Translations under genes and position numbers: made by a program
Assembly: GCA_041499475.1 (NCBI GenBank)
Contig: JBGQKI010000007.1
Location: 30,812 to 94,811, forward strand
Reading direction: 5' to 3'
Length of the DNA stretch: 64,000 nucleotides
DNA from: Thermoplasmata archaeon
Lineage (GTDB): Archaea > Thermoplasmatota > DTKX01 > DATEUP01
The notes under the pieces: generated by a model
Told to the model about the DNA's origin: nothing
The model's database searches: none
The model's input: the letters and a program-made list of their open reading frames with translations, nothing else
Shown here: positions 1 through 7,662 of the stretch, piece after piece
Numbering within the stretch: the first letter of the stretch is position 1
Layout of the letters: every line of letters starts with the position of its first letter

Positions 1-731
1 AACTCGACCGGGCCGAGATGGAAAAGGTTCGCCGCGGTCTCGGGCCCATGAGCCGCGGCGAGTGGACGGTGCTTGCGCTCCTGCTGCTTGCCGTCGCGCT
101 GTGGACGCTTCCGTCGGTCATCCGAGTCCTTGCCGAGGCCGACCCCGGCCTCGGGCCGCTTGCCAAAGAGCTTGCCGACCACCTGCCCGAGGCGATGCCT
201 GCCGTCCTCGTGATCCTGCTCGCGGGCCTGCTGCGCGTGGAGCGCGAGCCGGTGCTGCGCTGGCCCGAGATCGCCTCGGGGATCGACTGGAACATCATTT
301 TCCTCTTCGGCGGCGGCATCGCGCTCGGGCTCGGGCTCGAGACGAGCGGGTTTGCGCGGTGGCTGGCTTCCGGCGTCGTGCCTTTGCTTGGGGCCTCGCC
401 AAGCGCGTTTTCGATCTTCGCCCTATGCGCACTCATCGGCTTTGGCCTCACCTACGCGGCCTCGAACACCGCCGCGGCGCTCGTCGCGTGCCCGCTGGCC
501 GCCACGCTCGCGATAGGCGCCGGCGTGAACCCGCTCCCGCCGATCCTCGCGGCAGCGCTCGCCGCTTCGATTTCGACGGCGTTGCCCTCGACGACTCCGC
601 CGATGGCCATCGTCCACAGCACGGGGCACGTGCGGGTCGTGGACATGATGCGCGTGGGGATCGTCGCCGACCTGCTGCGCCTTGTCGTGCTGATCGCTGC
701 GGGGCCGTTCCTCACGCAGCTCATCGTGTAG
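1..731 (+). CDS. C-terminal part of a DASS/SLC13-like anion permease (5' end outside the window)
   Basis: The frame is open from the window edge. The sequence is multi-TM and hydrophobic, with ...YAASNTAAALVACPLA... and ...ISTALPSTTPPMAIVHS... hairpin-type motifs typical of DASS/ArsB-NhaD-type permeases. Confidence 0.65.
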   Translation, partial: LDRAEMEKVRRGLGPMSRGEWTVLALLLLAVALWTLPSVIRVLAEADPGLGPLAKELADHLPEAMPAVLVILLAGLLRVEREPVLRWPEIASGIDWNIIFLFGGGIALGLGLETSGFARWLASGVVPLLGASPSAFSIFALCALIGFGLTYAASNTAAALVACPLAATLAIGAGVNPLPPILAAALAASISTALPSTTPPMAIVHSTGHVRVVDMMRVGIVADLLRLVVLIAAGPFLTQLIV

Positions 732-757
732 GCAAGGCCGCCCTCGGGCCCCAGCCG

Positions 758-1204
758 TCAGCGGGCCACGAGCACGGGGCAGGCGGCGGTGCGCACGACT
801 TTCTCCGCGACCGAACCAAGCACCAGCCGCCGGATGCCCTTGCGGCCGTGGGACCCGATCACGATGAGCCCGGCCCGGACGTTGTCAGCTTCGTTCACGA
901 TGCCCCCGGCGGCCTCGAGGGCTTCGACGATTTGGACGCTGTGGGGCACCTTGCCCAACTCCGCCTCGCGCACCGCGAGCCCGACAATCCCGCGCGCACT
1001 TTCCTCCATCGAGCCGAGCACCATCGTCCACGCCCCGGTGCCGGCAGGGGCGGCGACCGTCGCGGCGGAAAGCTCGATGACATGGACAATGTGTAGCTTT
1101 GCGTCAAGGCGTTTGGCGAGGGAGACCGCGTAGCGGGCAGCTTCGAGGGCTGGCTTCGAGCCGTCAACGGCAATCAGGATCGTCTGGGGCAGCTCACGTA
1201 CCAT
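758..1204 (-). CDS. uspA: Universal stress protein (UspA family)
   Basis: 148 aa. ILIAVDGS...LHIVHV...LIVIGSHGRKGIRRLVLGSVAEKVVRTAACPVLV is the classic Usp ATP-binding signature. Confidence 0.9.
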   Translation of the reverse strand: MVRELPQTILIAVDGSKPALEAARYAVSLAKRLDAKLHIVHVIELSAATVAAPAGTGAWTMVLGSMEESARGIVGLAVREAELGKVPHSVQIVEALEAAGGIVNEADNVRAGLIVIGSHGRKGIRRLVLGSVAEKVVRTAACPVLVAR

Positions 1205-1692
1205 GGGTCAGCTCGACGGTATTCATCGATGGGGGCAAAGAAAGGCCCCACGCAACGACGGCCCCAACCGCCGGGGAAGTACATGCGAAACGCAGAAGTA
1301 CCCTCCGCGGGGCAAAGCCGCGAGTCGGGCCGGGGTCCTTGAGAGCGTGGGGTGGGGGCACTTTCCTTGTCACGCGCGGCCCCTCTTCTGCGTCGAGCGC
1401 CCCCCGGAGGCGGGTCTCGCGCTGGCTCGGAAGAACACTTAGGAGAGGGGCGGGCGCCCGGGTAGGGAACGTGCCCTCTTCCGGGCGCCGCAGGAGGATG
1501 AAGCCTCCCGAAGCTTTTCTCTTCCTCTCCACCTAGGGCTTTGCAGGGAACCGTATGGCCCTCTGCCTCGCACTTCCTTTACTGTACATACAGGTGGTCT
1601 CGGGTGTCGGCGCGCGGCGCCCACTGGCCCCCGTCGCGCGCGCAGGGGTGCGCGCGGTGGCGGCCGCCGGCGGCGGTATGCGTGAGGGGGAG

Positions 1693-1766
1693 CGGGCCCG
1701 GGGGGATTCGAACACCCGTCTGAAGCTCCGGAGGCTCCTGTCCTGTCCAAGCTAGACTACGGGCCC
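1693..1766 (-). tRNA. tRNA-Arg (anticodon CCG)
   Basis: Folded by hand on the minus strand. Acceptor GGGCCCG/CGGGCCC, anticodon stem GGAGC/GCTTC, loop CTCCGGA (CCG), T-loop TTCGAAT. There is one mismatch in the T stem. CCA is not encoded. Confidence 0.85.
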
Positions 1767-1899
1767 GTGCGCGCCTTTGGGCGCGCGGACGCCGTCAACC
1801 CGCGAGGCGATTAAAGACTCTAGCGTGGAGCCGGTGCGCGGCGGGCGCCGCTCACGGGGGCGACTGCCCTTCGGCCCGCGAGGTTGCCGCCGGCGACCG

Positions 1900-2577
1900 C
1901 TAGGCCTTCTCCGAGTCCTTTGAACCGCTCGTGGCGGCGCGCCCGAGCAGGTAGGAGATCCCTTTCTTGTCTTCGTTGACCACCGACCACCACGACCACA
2001 CGTAACCGACGCCTCCGGCCAAGAACCCCATAAGGCCCACGAACATGAGGATCGCAAGCGGGACGGTGATGGGGCCTAGGATGTTTTCATGGATGTAGGT
2101 GAAGTTCTGCCCGCCTCCCCCGGCGCTTACCGGAAGCGATGCGACTCCGGCCTCGAGGCCCTTCCATGCGGCGAGCAGTGCGCCCAAAGAGCTGGCTCCG
2201 CCGCCCGCGATGAGGTGCGCCCAACCGCAGAGGTTGCGCCACCCAGTGTAGGGCCGCTTCAGGGTGACTTCGATGTGGTGGTAGAAAAGCGCCGAGAGGG
2301 CGATGCCGAGCACCGCGATGAGCGCGAAGGCAAGGCAGCCGATCGTGAACCACGTTCCCGCGCCGCCTCCGGCAACGACGCGCGCGGGGCCCGGCGTTGT
2401 GGCCACGCTGAGGTAGAGGAGGAACCCGAGGCCCCCGAATGCGATTGCGCCCTGTACGAAAGCCCACGCCAAGAACCTGTCCGACCACACGCTTCGCTCC
2501 ACCATCGATACGCCCGGCGGAGGTGCGAGTTGCTGGCGTATGAGCCTGGCGCCAGGAGCGTTCGGCGATTCGGTCAT
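1900..2577 (-). CDS. Hypothetical integral membrane protein
   Basis: 225 aa with several Gly/Ala-rich hydrophobic segments and GC3-rich codons. No recognisable catalytic motif. Confidence 0.55.
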   Translation of the reverse strand: MTESPNAPGARLIRQQLAPPPGVSMVERSVWSDRFLAWAFVQGAIAFGGLGFLLYLSVATTPGPARVVAGGGAGTWFTIGCLAFALIAVLGIALSALFYHHIEVTLKRPYTGWRNLCGWAHLIAGGGASSLGALLAAWKGLEAGVASLPVSAGGGGQNFTYIHENILGPITVPLAILMFVGLMGFLAGGVGYVWSWWSVVNEDKKGISYLLGRAATSGSKDSEKA

Positions 2578-2713
2578 TTTTCCGGCAGGGCGGCCTGCGC
2601 GGGCGCCCCTGGCGCCCAGCGTGTTTGGCCTGCGGCGGGGGTTTCATCAGCGAAGTAATGGCGGGAGGTTTAAGCCCCTCGGGGGACGAGGTACCCCTGT
2701 CGGCGGCGGCGCC

Positions 2714-4660
2714 ATGGGGCTCTCTCTAACCTACAAGATCCTGCGCGACCACCTCGTTTCAGGCCGCCTGGCGGCCGGCGAGGAGATCGGAATCAAGATC
2801 GACCAGACCCTCACGCAGGACGCGACGGGCACGCTTGCCTACCTGCAATTTGAGGCGATGGGCCTGCCACGCGTGCGCACCGAACTCTCCGTATCCTACG
2901 TCGACCACAACATGCTGCAGACCGGCTACGAGAACGCCGACGACCACGTGTACCTGCGCACCGTGGCCGCCAAGCACGGGGTCTACTTCTCGAAGCCGGG
3001 CAACGGCATCTGCCACCAGGTGCACCTCGAGCGCTTCGCCGCTCCGGGCAAAACGCTGCTCGGCTCGGACTCGCACACGCCCACTTCCGGCGGTGCGGGG
3101 ATGCTCGCAATCGGTGCCGGCGGCCTCGATGTGGCCGTTGCGATGGGCGGCGGCCCGTTTTTCATGGAGTGCCCGAAGGTGCTTGGCGTCGAGCTCACCG
3201 GGAGCCTCCAGCCGTGGGTGTCCTCGAAGGACATCATCCTCGAAATGCTGCGCCGCCTGACCGTCAAGGGCGGCGTCGGGCGCGTCATCGAATACTGCGG
3301 GGAGGGCGTAAAGTCGCTCTCCGTGCCCGAGCGCTCGACGATCACCAACATGGGCGCCGAGCTGGGCGCGACGACCTCGCTCTTCCCCTCCGACGAACAG
3401 ACGAAGCGGTACTTGCGCGCGCAGGGGCGCCCCATGGCGTTCCGCCTGGTGCGCGCCGACCCCACGGCGGCCTATGACGAGACCATGACGATCGACCTCA
3501 ACGCGCTGGTCCCCCTGGTGGCCTGCCCTTCCTCGCCGGACAATGTGAAGCCGATTTCGGAGGTCGAGGGGACGCTCCTGGCGCAGGTGTGCGTGGGCTC
3601 GTGCACGAACTCGTCGATCGCGGACCTGAACACGGTGGCGGGCGTGTTGGAGGGGAAGAAGGTGGCGCCGCGGCTCGACCTCACGCTCACGCCGGGGTCG
3701 CGCCAGGTGTTCGGCATGATTGCAAAGAGCGGCGCGCTTGCAGACCTCATCGCGTCGGGGGCACGCGTGCTCGAATCGGCATGCGGTCCGTGCATCGGCA
3801 TGGGCCAGGCCCCCCCGACCGGCGCGGCATCGCTTCGAACGTTCAACCGGAACTTCGAGGGGCGGTCAGGGACGCCAAACGACCGCGTATACCTCTGCTC
3901 GCCGGAGGTCGCCGCCGCTTCGGCGCTCGCGGGCACGATCGCCGACCCGCGCAAGCTCGGCGTGCCGCCCGTAAAGAAACTGCCCAGCCACTTCCTCGTG
4001 GACGACGGGCTCATCTTGGAGCCCCCCCCGGACGGGACTGCCGCGGCCGTGGTGCGCGGGCCGAACATCCGGCCGGTGCCCCTGAGCCGCGCGCCGGCCG
4101 ACACCCTCGCGGGCGAAGTGCTCCTGAAAATGGGGGACAACATCACCACCGACCAGATCCTTCCGGCCGGCGCCAAAGTGCTGCCGCTGCGTTCGAACAT
4201 CCCCGCCATCTCCGAGTTCGCGCTCACCCGCATCGACGCCACCTTCCCGCACCGGGCGAAGGCCGCGGGCGGGGGCTTCCTCGTGGCCGGCGAGAACTAC
4301 GGGCAGGGGTCCTCGCGCGAGCACGCCGCCATTGCATTGATGTACCTCGGCGTGCGCGCGGTGATCGCGCGCAGTTTCGCGCGGATTCACTTTTCCAACC
4401 TCATCAACTTCGGCGTCCTGCCCCTGACCTTTGAAGACCCCCGCGACTACGTCGCGGTGCGCGCGGGGGAGCACTTCCTGATCCCGCACCTTCGCGAGTC
4501 GCTGCCCACCGGAGCGCTTCCGGTGAACCGCGGTCCGACCCGCTTCACGGTCCGGGCGCCGCTCACGCCTCGCCAGCGCGAGATCTACCTCGATGGAGGG
4601 CTCCTCAATTACACGCGCAAACGCGCGCGCACGAGCGAGGCGCTCGTCACGCCTTCTTGA
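2714..4660 (+). CDS. Aconitate hydratase family protein (about 650-aa short aconitase type)
   Basis: [49 protein letters not shown] and the swivel-domain motif [14 protein letters not shown] are present. The start was moved to ATG 2714 ([10 protein letters not shown]), because the upstream 58 codons of the ORF look non-coding. Confidence 0.9.
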   Translation: MGLSLTYKILRDHLVSGRLAAGEEIGIKIDQTLTQDATGTLAYLQFEAMGLPRVRTELSVSYVDHNMLQTGYENADDHVYLRTVAAKHGVYFSKPGNGICHQVHLERFAAPGKTLLGSDSHTPTSGGAGMLAIGAGGLDVAVAMGGGPFFMECPKVLGVELTGSLQPWVSSKDIILEMLRRLTVKGGVGRVIEYCGEGVKSLSVPERSTITNMGAELGATTSLFPSDEQTKRYLRAQGRPMAFRLVRADPTAAYDETMTIDLNALVPLVACPSSPDNVKPISEVEGTLLAQVCVGSCTNSSIADLNTVAGVLEGKKVAPRLDLTLTPGSRQVFGMIAKSGALADLIASGARVLESACGPCIGMGQAPPTGAASLRTFNRNFEGRSGTPNDRVYLCSPEVAAASALAGTIADPRKLGVPPVKKLPSHFLVDDGLILEPPPDGTAAAVVRGPNIRPVPLSRAPADTLAGEVLLKMGDNITTDQILPAGAKVLPLRSNIPAISEFALTRIDATFPHRAKAAGGGFLVAGENYGQGSSREHAAIALMYLGVRAVIARSFARIHFSNLINFGVLPLTFEDPRDYVAVRAGEHFLIPHLRESLPTGALPVNRGPTRFTVRAPLTPRQREIYLDGGLLNYTRKRARTSEALVTPS

Positions 4661-4841
4661 ACTCGGTGTACCCGCAGTGTCCGCATGAGGTGCGGTTCTT
4701 GTGCTGCGCGAGGAAGATCCCCGGGCCGCACTTCGGGCAGTGCTGCCGGAGGCGCACGACCTGGCCGTCCTTCACCTGGTAGAGCTTCTGGAGGCTGCCC
4801 GCCGCTCCCTTCTTCGGCTTGTCGCCCTTCTTGTCGGCCAT
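4647..4841 (-). CDS. rps27ae: Ribosomal protein eS31 (S27ae), zinc ribbon
   Basis: [11 protein letters not shown]...[26 protein letters not shown]. It overlaps the convergent aconitase 3' end by 14 nt. Confidence 0.9.
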   Translation of the reverse strand: MADKKGDKPKKGAAGSLQKLYQVKDGQVVRLRQHCPKCGPGIFLAQHKNRTSCGHCGYTEFKKA

Positions 4842-4864
4842 GGAACGCAACTCCCGGGCGGCGC

Positions 4865-5230
4865 CTACTTGCGGGGCGCGGGCACCGCTGACTGCGACGC
4901 CGGCGCGGTCTCGGCCGCCACCTTGACTTTCTTCTCAGCGAGCTTGTGCCGCACGAGGATGTGGTGCGCCTCGAGGCGCTTCAGGTTCGCGGCGTCCTTG
5001 TAGACCCGTACGGAACCGCGCGTCGCGCCCTTGCCGAATTCAGGCGCCATCCGCCGGACAATGACAAGTTCGGGCTTGGCCGACTCCATCTCGGCGACTT
5101 TCTTCTGGACTTCCTCGCGTTTCGGGGTGCCCTTGGCGTCGTGGGTCATCTTGAGCTCGAGTTCGATGCGCCCGAGCAGCACATTCTCGAAGCGTTTGGC
5201 GACCTCGACTTCCACGGAAAAACCTCCCAT
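4865..5230 (-). CDS. rps24e: Ribosomal protein eS24 (S24e)
   Basis: [17 protein letters not shown]...[14 protein letters not shown]...[13 protein letters not shown]. It lies in the conserved position upstream of S27ae. Confidence 0.9.
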   Translation of the reverse strand: MGGFSVEVEVAKRFENVLLGRIELELKMTHDAKGTPKREEVQKKVAEMESAKPELVIVRRMAPEFGKGATRGSVRVYKDAANLKRLEAHHILVRHKLAEKKVKVAAETAPASQSAVPAPRK

Positions 5231-5794
5231 TCAAGCCGGGACAACTTCGAACGACTCCAGGAACTTGCGCGCAATACGTCTGGATTCATCATCCGCTTTT
5301 ACAAGCGTAACGCCGCGATCGGGCAACCCGTATATGACGGTTGCGCCAGGCTCCAGATGGATGATTGCGGGCATCACCGCCAGGTCCTCTTCGCCTTCGA
5401 CTTCGATGCGCGTGGCAGCCGGCGACTTGACCGCGGCCAACACCGCGTTGTAAAGGTCTGCGGTCATGTGCCCGGGCGGACAAACGACGCGCGCGACCTC
5501 GCTGCCGTAGGACCGCACATCGTCGTCGTGGGCAATGGGCCCCCGCTTCGTCTTGAAGTCGACGACGATGAACCGCGGCGAAAGGCCTTGACGGATGCAC
5601 TCGCCCGAGGTGACGTCACCCACCGCAGCGAACGACTTCACATCCCGCAGCCGCGCCCCGAGGTCGCGGCCCTCGAATACATCGCCGAACGGGGCGGCGA
5701 GCCGCCCCCGCTTCTCTTCGGGCAACTTGAGGACAAGCCCCTTCTTCAACGGGACCCCGCGCACGAACACGGGCCGCTTCGGGGCCCCGGCCAC
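5231..5794 (-). CDS. DUF359/UPF0218 protein, archaeal GTP-dependent dephospho-CoA kinase family
   Basis: 187 aa. AAVGDVTSGE...FIVVDFKTKRG...EGEEDLAVMPAII motifs are present. It shows the conserved archaeal synteny between spt4 and S24e. Confidence 0.75.
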   Translation of the reverse strand: MAGAPKRPVFVRGVPLKKGLVLKLPEEKRGRLAAPFGDVFEGRDLGARLRDVKSFAAVGDVTSGECIRQGLSPRFIVVDFKTKRGPIAHDDDVRSYGSEVARVVCPPGHMTADLYNAVLAAVKSPAATRIEVEGEEDLAVMPAIIHLEPGATVIYGLPDRGVTLVKADDESRRIARKFLESFEVVPA

Positions 5795-5800
5795 GGCGAC

Positions 5801-5977
5801 CTACCTCACCTTGAGCGCGTAGGAGCCGGCCTTCTTGATGTTGAGCTTCTTGGCGATCTCGCTCTTCTCGGGGTCGATGATGACGGCGTACCCCTGCCAC
5901 TCCTTCGAAAGCTCGCCGCCGCAGTTGGGGCAGCGCTCGGCCTCCGTGATCGTGAAGCAGGTCTTGCAGGCCATCAT
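5801..5977 (-). CDS. spt4: Transcription elongation factor Spt4 (RpoE'')
   Basis: MMACKTCFTITEAERCPNCGGELSKEWQGYAVIIDPEKSEIAKKL. The start was set at ATG 5977. The longer ORF-track N-terminus overlaps rpoE' and is Arg/Pro junk. Confidence 0.85.
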   Translation of the reverse strand: MMACKTCFTITEAERCPNCGGELSKEWQGYAVIIDPEKSEIAKKLNIKKAGSYALKVR

Positions 5978-5984
5978 GGGATCT

Positions 5985-6626
5985 TCACTCCGAGGGCGGT
6001 GCGGCCGCCGGAGCCTTTGGCGGGGCGGCCGCCGGCGGGCGTTTGGCCTCGCGGCGCGGGGCCTCGGCGCCCTCCTGCTTGAGCTTGCGGTCTTCGTCCA
6101 TCCACTCGAGCTTGCCAAGGCCGACTTGCCGCATGGTTAGACCGATCTTGGACTCGCGGTAGTTCAATTCGTTCATCGAGACCGTCACGATGCGCGCGCG
6201 CACGCGGTCGCCGACGCGCAGGAAGCGCCGCGTGTCCTTGCCCACGAGCCGCTGGTTCTGCTCGTCGATGTCGATGCGGTCGTCCATGACCTGCGAGATG
6301 TGGAGCAGCCCGTCGAAGGGGCCGAACCGGACGAACGCGCCGAAGCGCAGGATCTCGACGACCTTCCCCTCAACGATTTCGTTGAGCTCCGGCTTGAACG
6401 CGAGCGAAGTGAAGGTGACCTTCTGGTACACCGCGCCGTCGCCGTGGACGATGCGTCCGGGGCCCACGATCGCGACGTCCTTGGCGAGCACCGTGAGGTT
6501 GTCCTCCTCGTCGAGACGCCCCTCGAAGAACCGCTGGGCGAGTTCGACGGCGACGATATTGAGGTCCTCCCCGAGCCGGTCGGGCGGGATGCGCACGGTC
6601 TCTTCGCGCGGGATGAGCTTGTACAA
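5985..6626 (-). CDS. rpoE: RNA polymerase subunit Rpo7 (E'), with S1 domain
   Basis: MYKLIPREETVRIPPDRLG... is followed by the S1 fold GKVVEILRFGAFVRFGPFDGLLHISQV. There is a C-terminal Ala/Pro/Lys-rich tail. Confidence 0.9.
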   Translation of the reverse strand: MYKLIPREETVRIPPDRLGEDLNIVAVELAQRFFEGRLDEEDNLTVLAKDVAIVGPGRIVHGDGAVYQKVTFTSLAFKPELNEIVEGKVVEILRFGAFVRFGPFDGLLHISQVMDDRIDIDEQNQRLVGKDTRRFLRVGDRVRARIVTVSMNELNYRESKIGLTMRQVGLGKLEWMDEDRKLKQEGAEAPRREAKRPPAAAPPKAPAAAPPSE

Positions 6627-6963
6627 GGCGGCACCGACCGAAGCAAGGGGGACTTCCCTAACGCGCGGGAGTTAAGCGATCCCGCTTGCCAGATTCGCTG
6701 GGAGCAATCGGCGAAAGCGCTCCTCTTATTTAAGCGTATTCGGGGGCTCGATTAGCGTTTTCGCGCGCGAGCCAGGCGCGGAACGCGCGGCCAACAAAAC
6801 GCCGCGAATTGCCGTGCGCTCTACGAATTCCGCAACGGCTCGGACCCGGCTCGCGCTGCGCGCGCCCGGCCGAGGATTCGAATCGATTCGGTAGTCGAGC
6901 GGCACGTCGCGACGGCCTGCGTTCGGGCGCGCGCGGCGCGCCTCGCTCGTGCTGCGCACTACC

Positions 6964-6972
6964 CTTAAATAG
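6964..6972 (+). promoter_or_regulatory. TATA-like box (CTTAAATAG) upstream of the 7005 gene
   Basis: An A/T island in GC-rich DNA, about 35 nt upstream of the TTG start at 7005. Confidence 0.35.
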
Positions 6973-7004
6973 CGTCGGCTAGATCGAGCCGACAAGGTGG
7001 GGAA

Positions 7005-7319
7005 TTGGCCGATCCCGGCGCGTTCATCACGTTTTTGACGGACCTCCTTTTGACCTTCGGCGTCTTTTCGATGGCCGCTGGCGCCTTCACGGCGTACTTC
7101 GGTTCGGGGAAAAGCCGCAAGATCGGCGCGGCCCTCGTTGTGCTCGGGCTCGTCGTGCTCCTGATCGTCGCGATCATGTATCTCGAGGACATTGGCGTCC
7201 CCCACAGCGTGGACTTGCTCAACGATGTAGTGTTGCCTGGCCTCCTGCACATCATCGGCGCGCTCGTGGGCGCGGCGGTCGCGCTCGTCGTCTTCCTGAT
7301 CGCCATCATGAAGAGTTGA
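7005..7319 (+). CDS. Small hypothetical membrane protein (3 predicted TM segments)
   Basis: 104 aa with a TTG start and a strongly GC3-biased frame. Three hydrophobic helices are visible. Confidence 0.55.
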   Translation: MADPGAFITFLTDLLLTFGVFSMAAGAFTAYFGSGKSRKIGAALVVLGLVVLLIVAIMYLEDIGVPHSVDLLNDVVLPGLLHIIGALVGAAVALVVFLIAIMKS

Positions 7320-7369
7320 GCGCGCTTTTGCGTTTAGTCGTGGCGCGGTTTTCGCGCGCGGCGGTCGCT

Positions 7370-7651
7370 ATGCGGGTCACGATTCGCCTCGGGCGCCAGT
7401 TTGCAGCCCAGGCCGGCTTTGGGAGCGCGCCGCTTGACCTGCCGGAGGGGGCCAGCGCCGCGCGGCTCCTCGAAGAGGTTGCCAAGCGGGTCCCCAATTT
7501 GTCCTGCATCGATGATTCGGGCCGCTCGGTGGACCTCTCGGTGGCGAGCCTTTCCATCAACGGGCGAGCGGTCGACCCGCGATCGCCCGAGGAAGTGATT
7601 GTCCACGGCCGAGACGAAGCCTACCTGTACGGCGTCGTCGGCGGCGGCTGA
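7370..7651 (+). CDS. MoaD/ThiS-family beta-grasp ubiquitin-like protein (SAMP-like) ending in ...VVGGG
   Basis: 93 aa from ATG 7370 (MRVTIRLG...). The size, the pattern ...INGRAV...V..GDE.. and the C-terminal Gly-Gly-Gly are typical of sulfur-carrier or SAMP proteins. Confidence 0.7.
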   Translation: MRVTIRLGRQFAAQAGFGSAPLDLPEGASAARLLEEVAKRVPNLSCIDDSGRSVDLSVASLSINGRAVDPRSPEEVIVHGRDEAYLYGVVGGG

Positions 7652-7662
7652 AAAGCCGCGCG

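Noticed and set aside
1205-1692. Assignment of the structured gap to RNase P RNA, SRP RNA or 5S rRNA
   Set aside because: Only loose matches to the universal motifs were found, and the candidate P4-like strands are ~110 nt apart instead of the expected much larger distance. An identity cannot be supported without a covariance-model search.
2540-2713. 58-codon N-terminal extension of the aconitase ORF and similar upstream extensions (PiT 58077-58238, glyS 42654-42755, spt4, rpoA', tfb)
   Set aside because: The extensions are Arg/Pro/Gly-rich, overlap neighbouring genes or promoters, and are absent from the conserved N-termini of these families. Internal starts were chosen instead.
6871-6892. 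GGATTCGAATC, which resembles a T-psi-C arm (possible tRNA)
   Set aside because: No complementary T stem, acceptor stem or anticodon arm can be drawn on either strand. It is treated as a palindromic motif instead.
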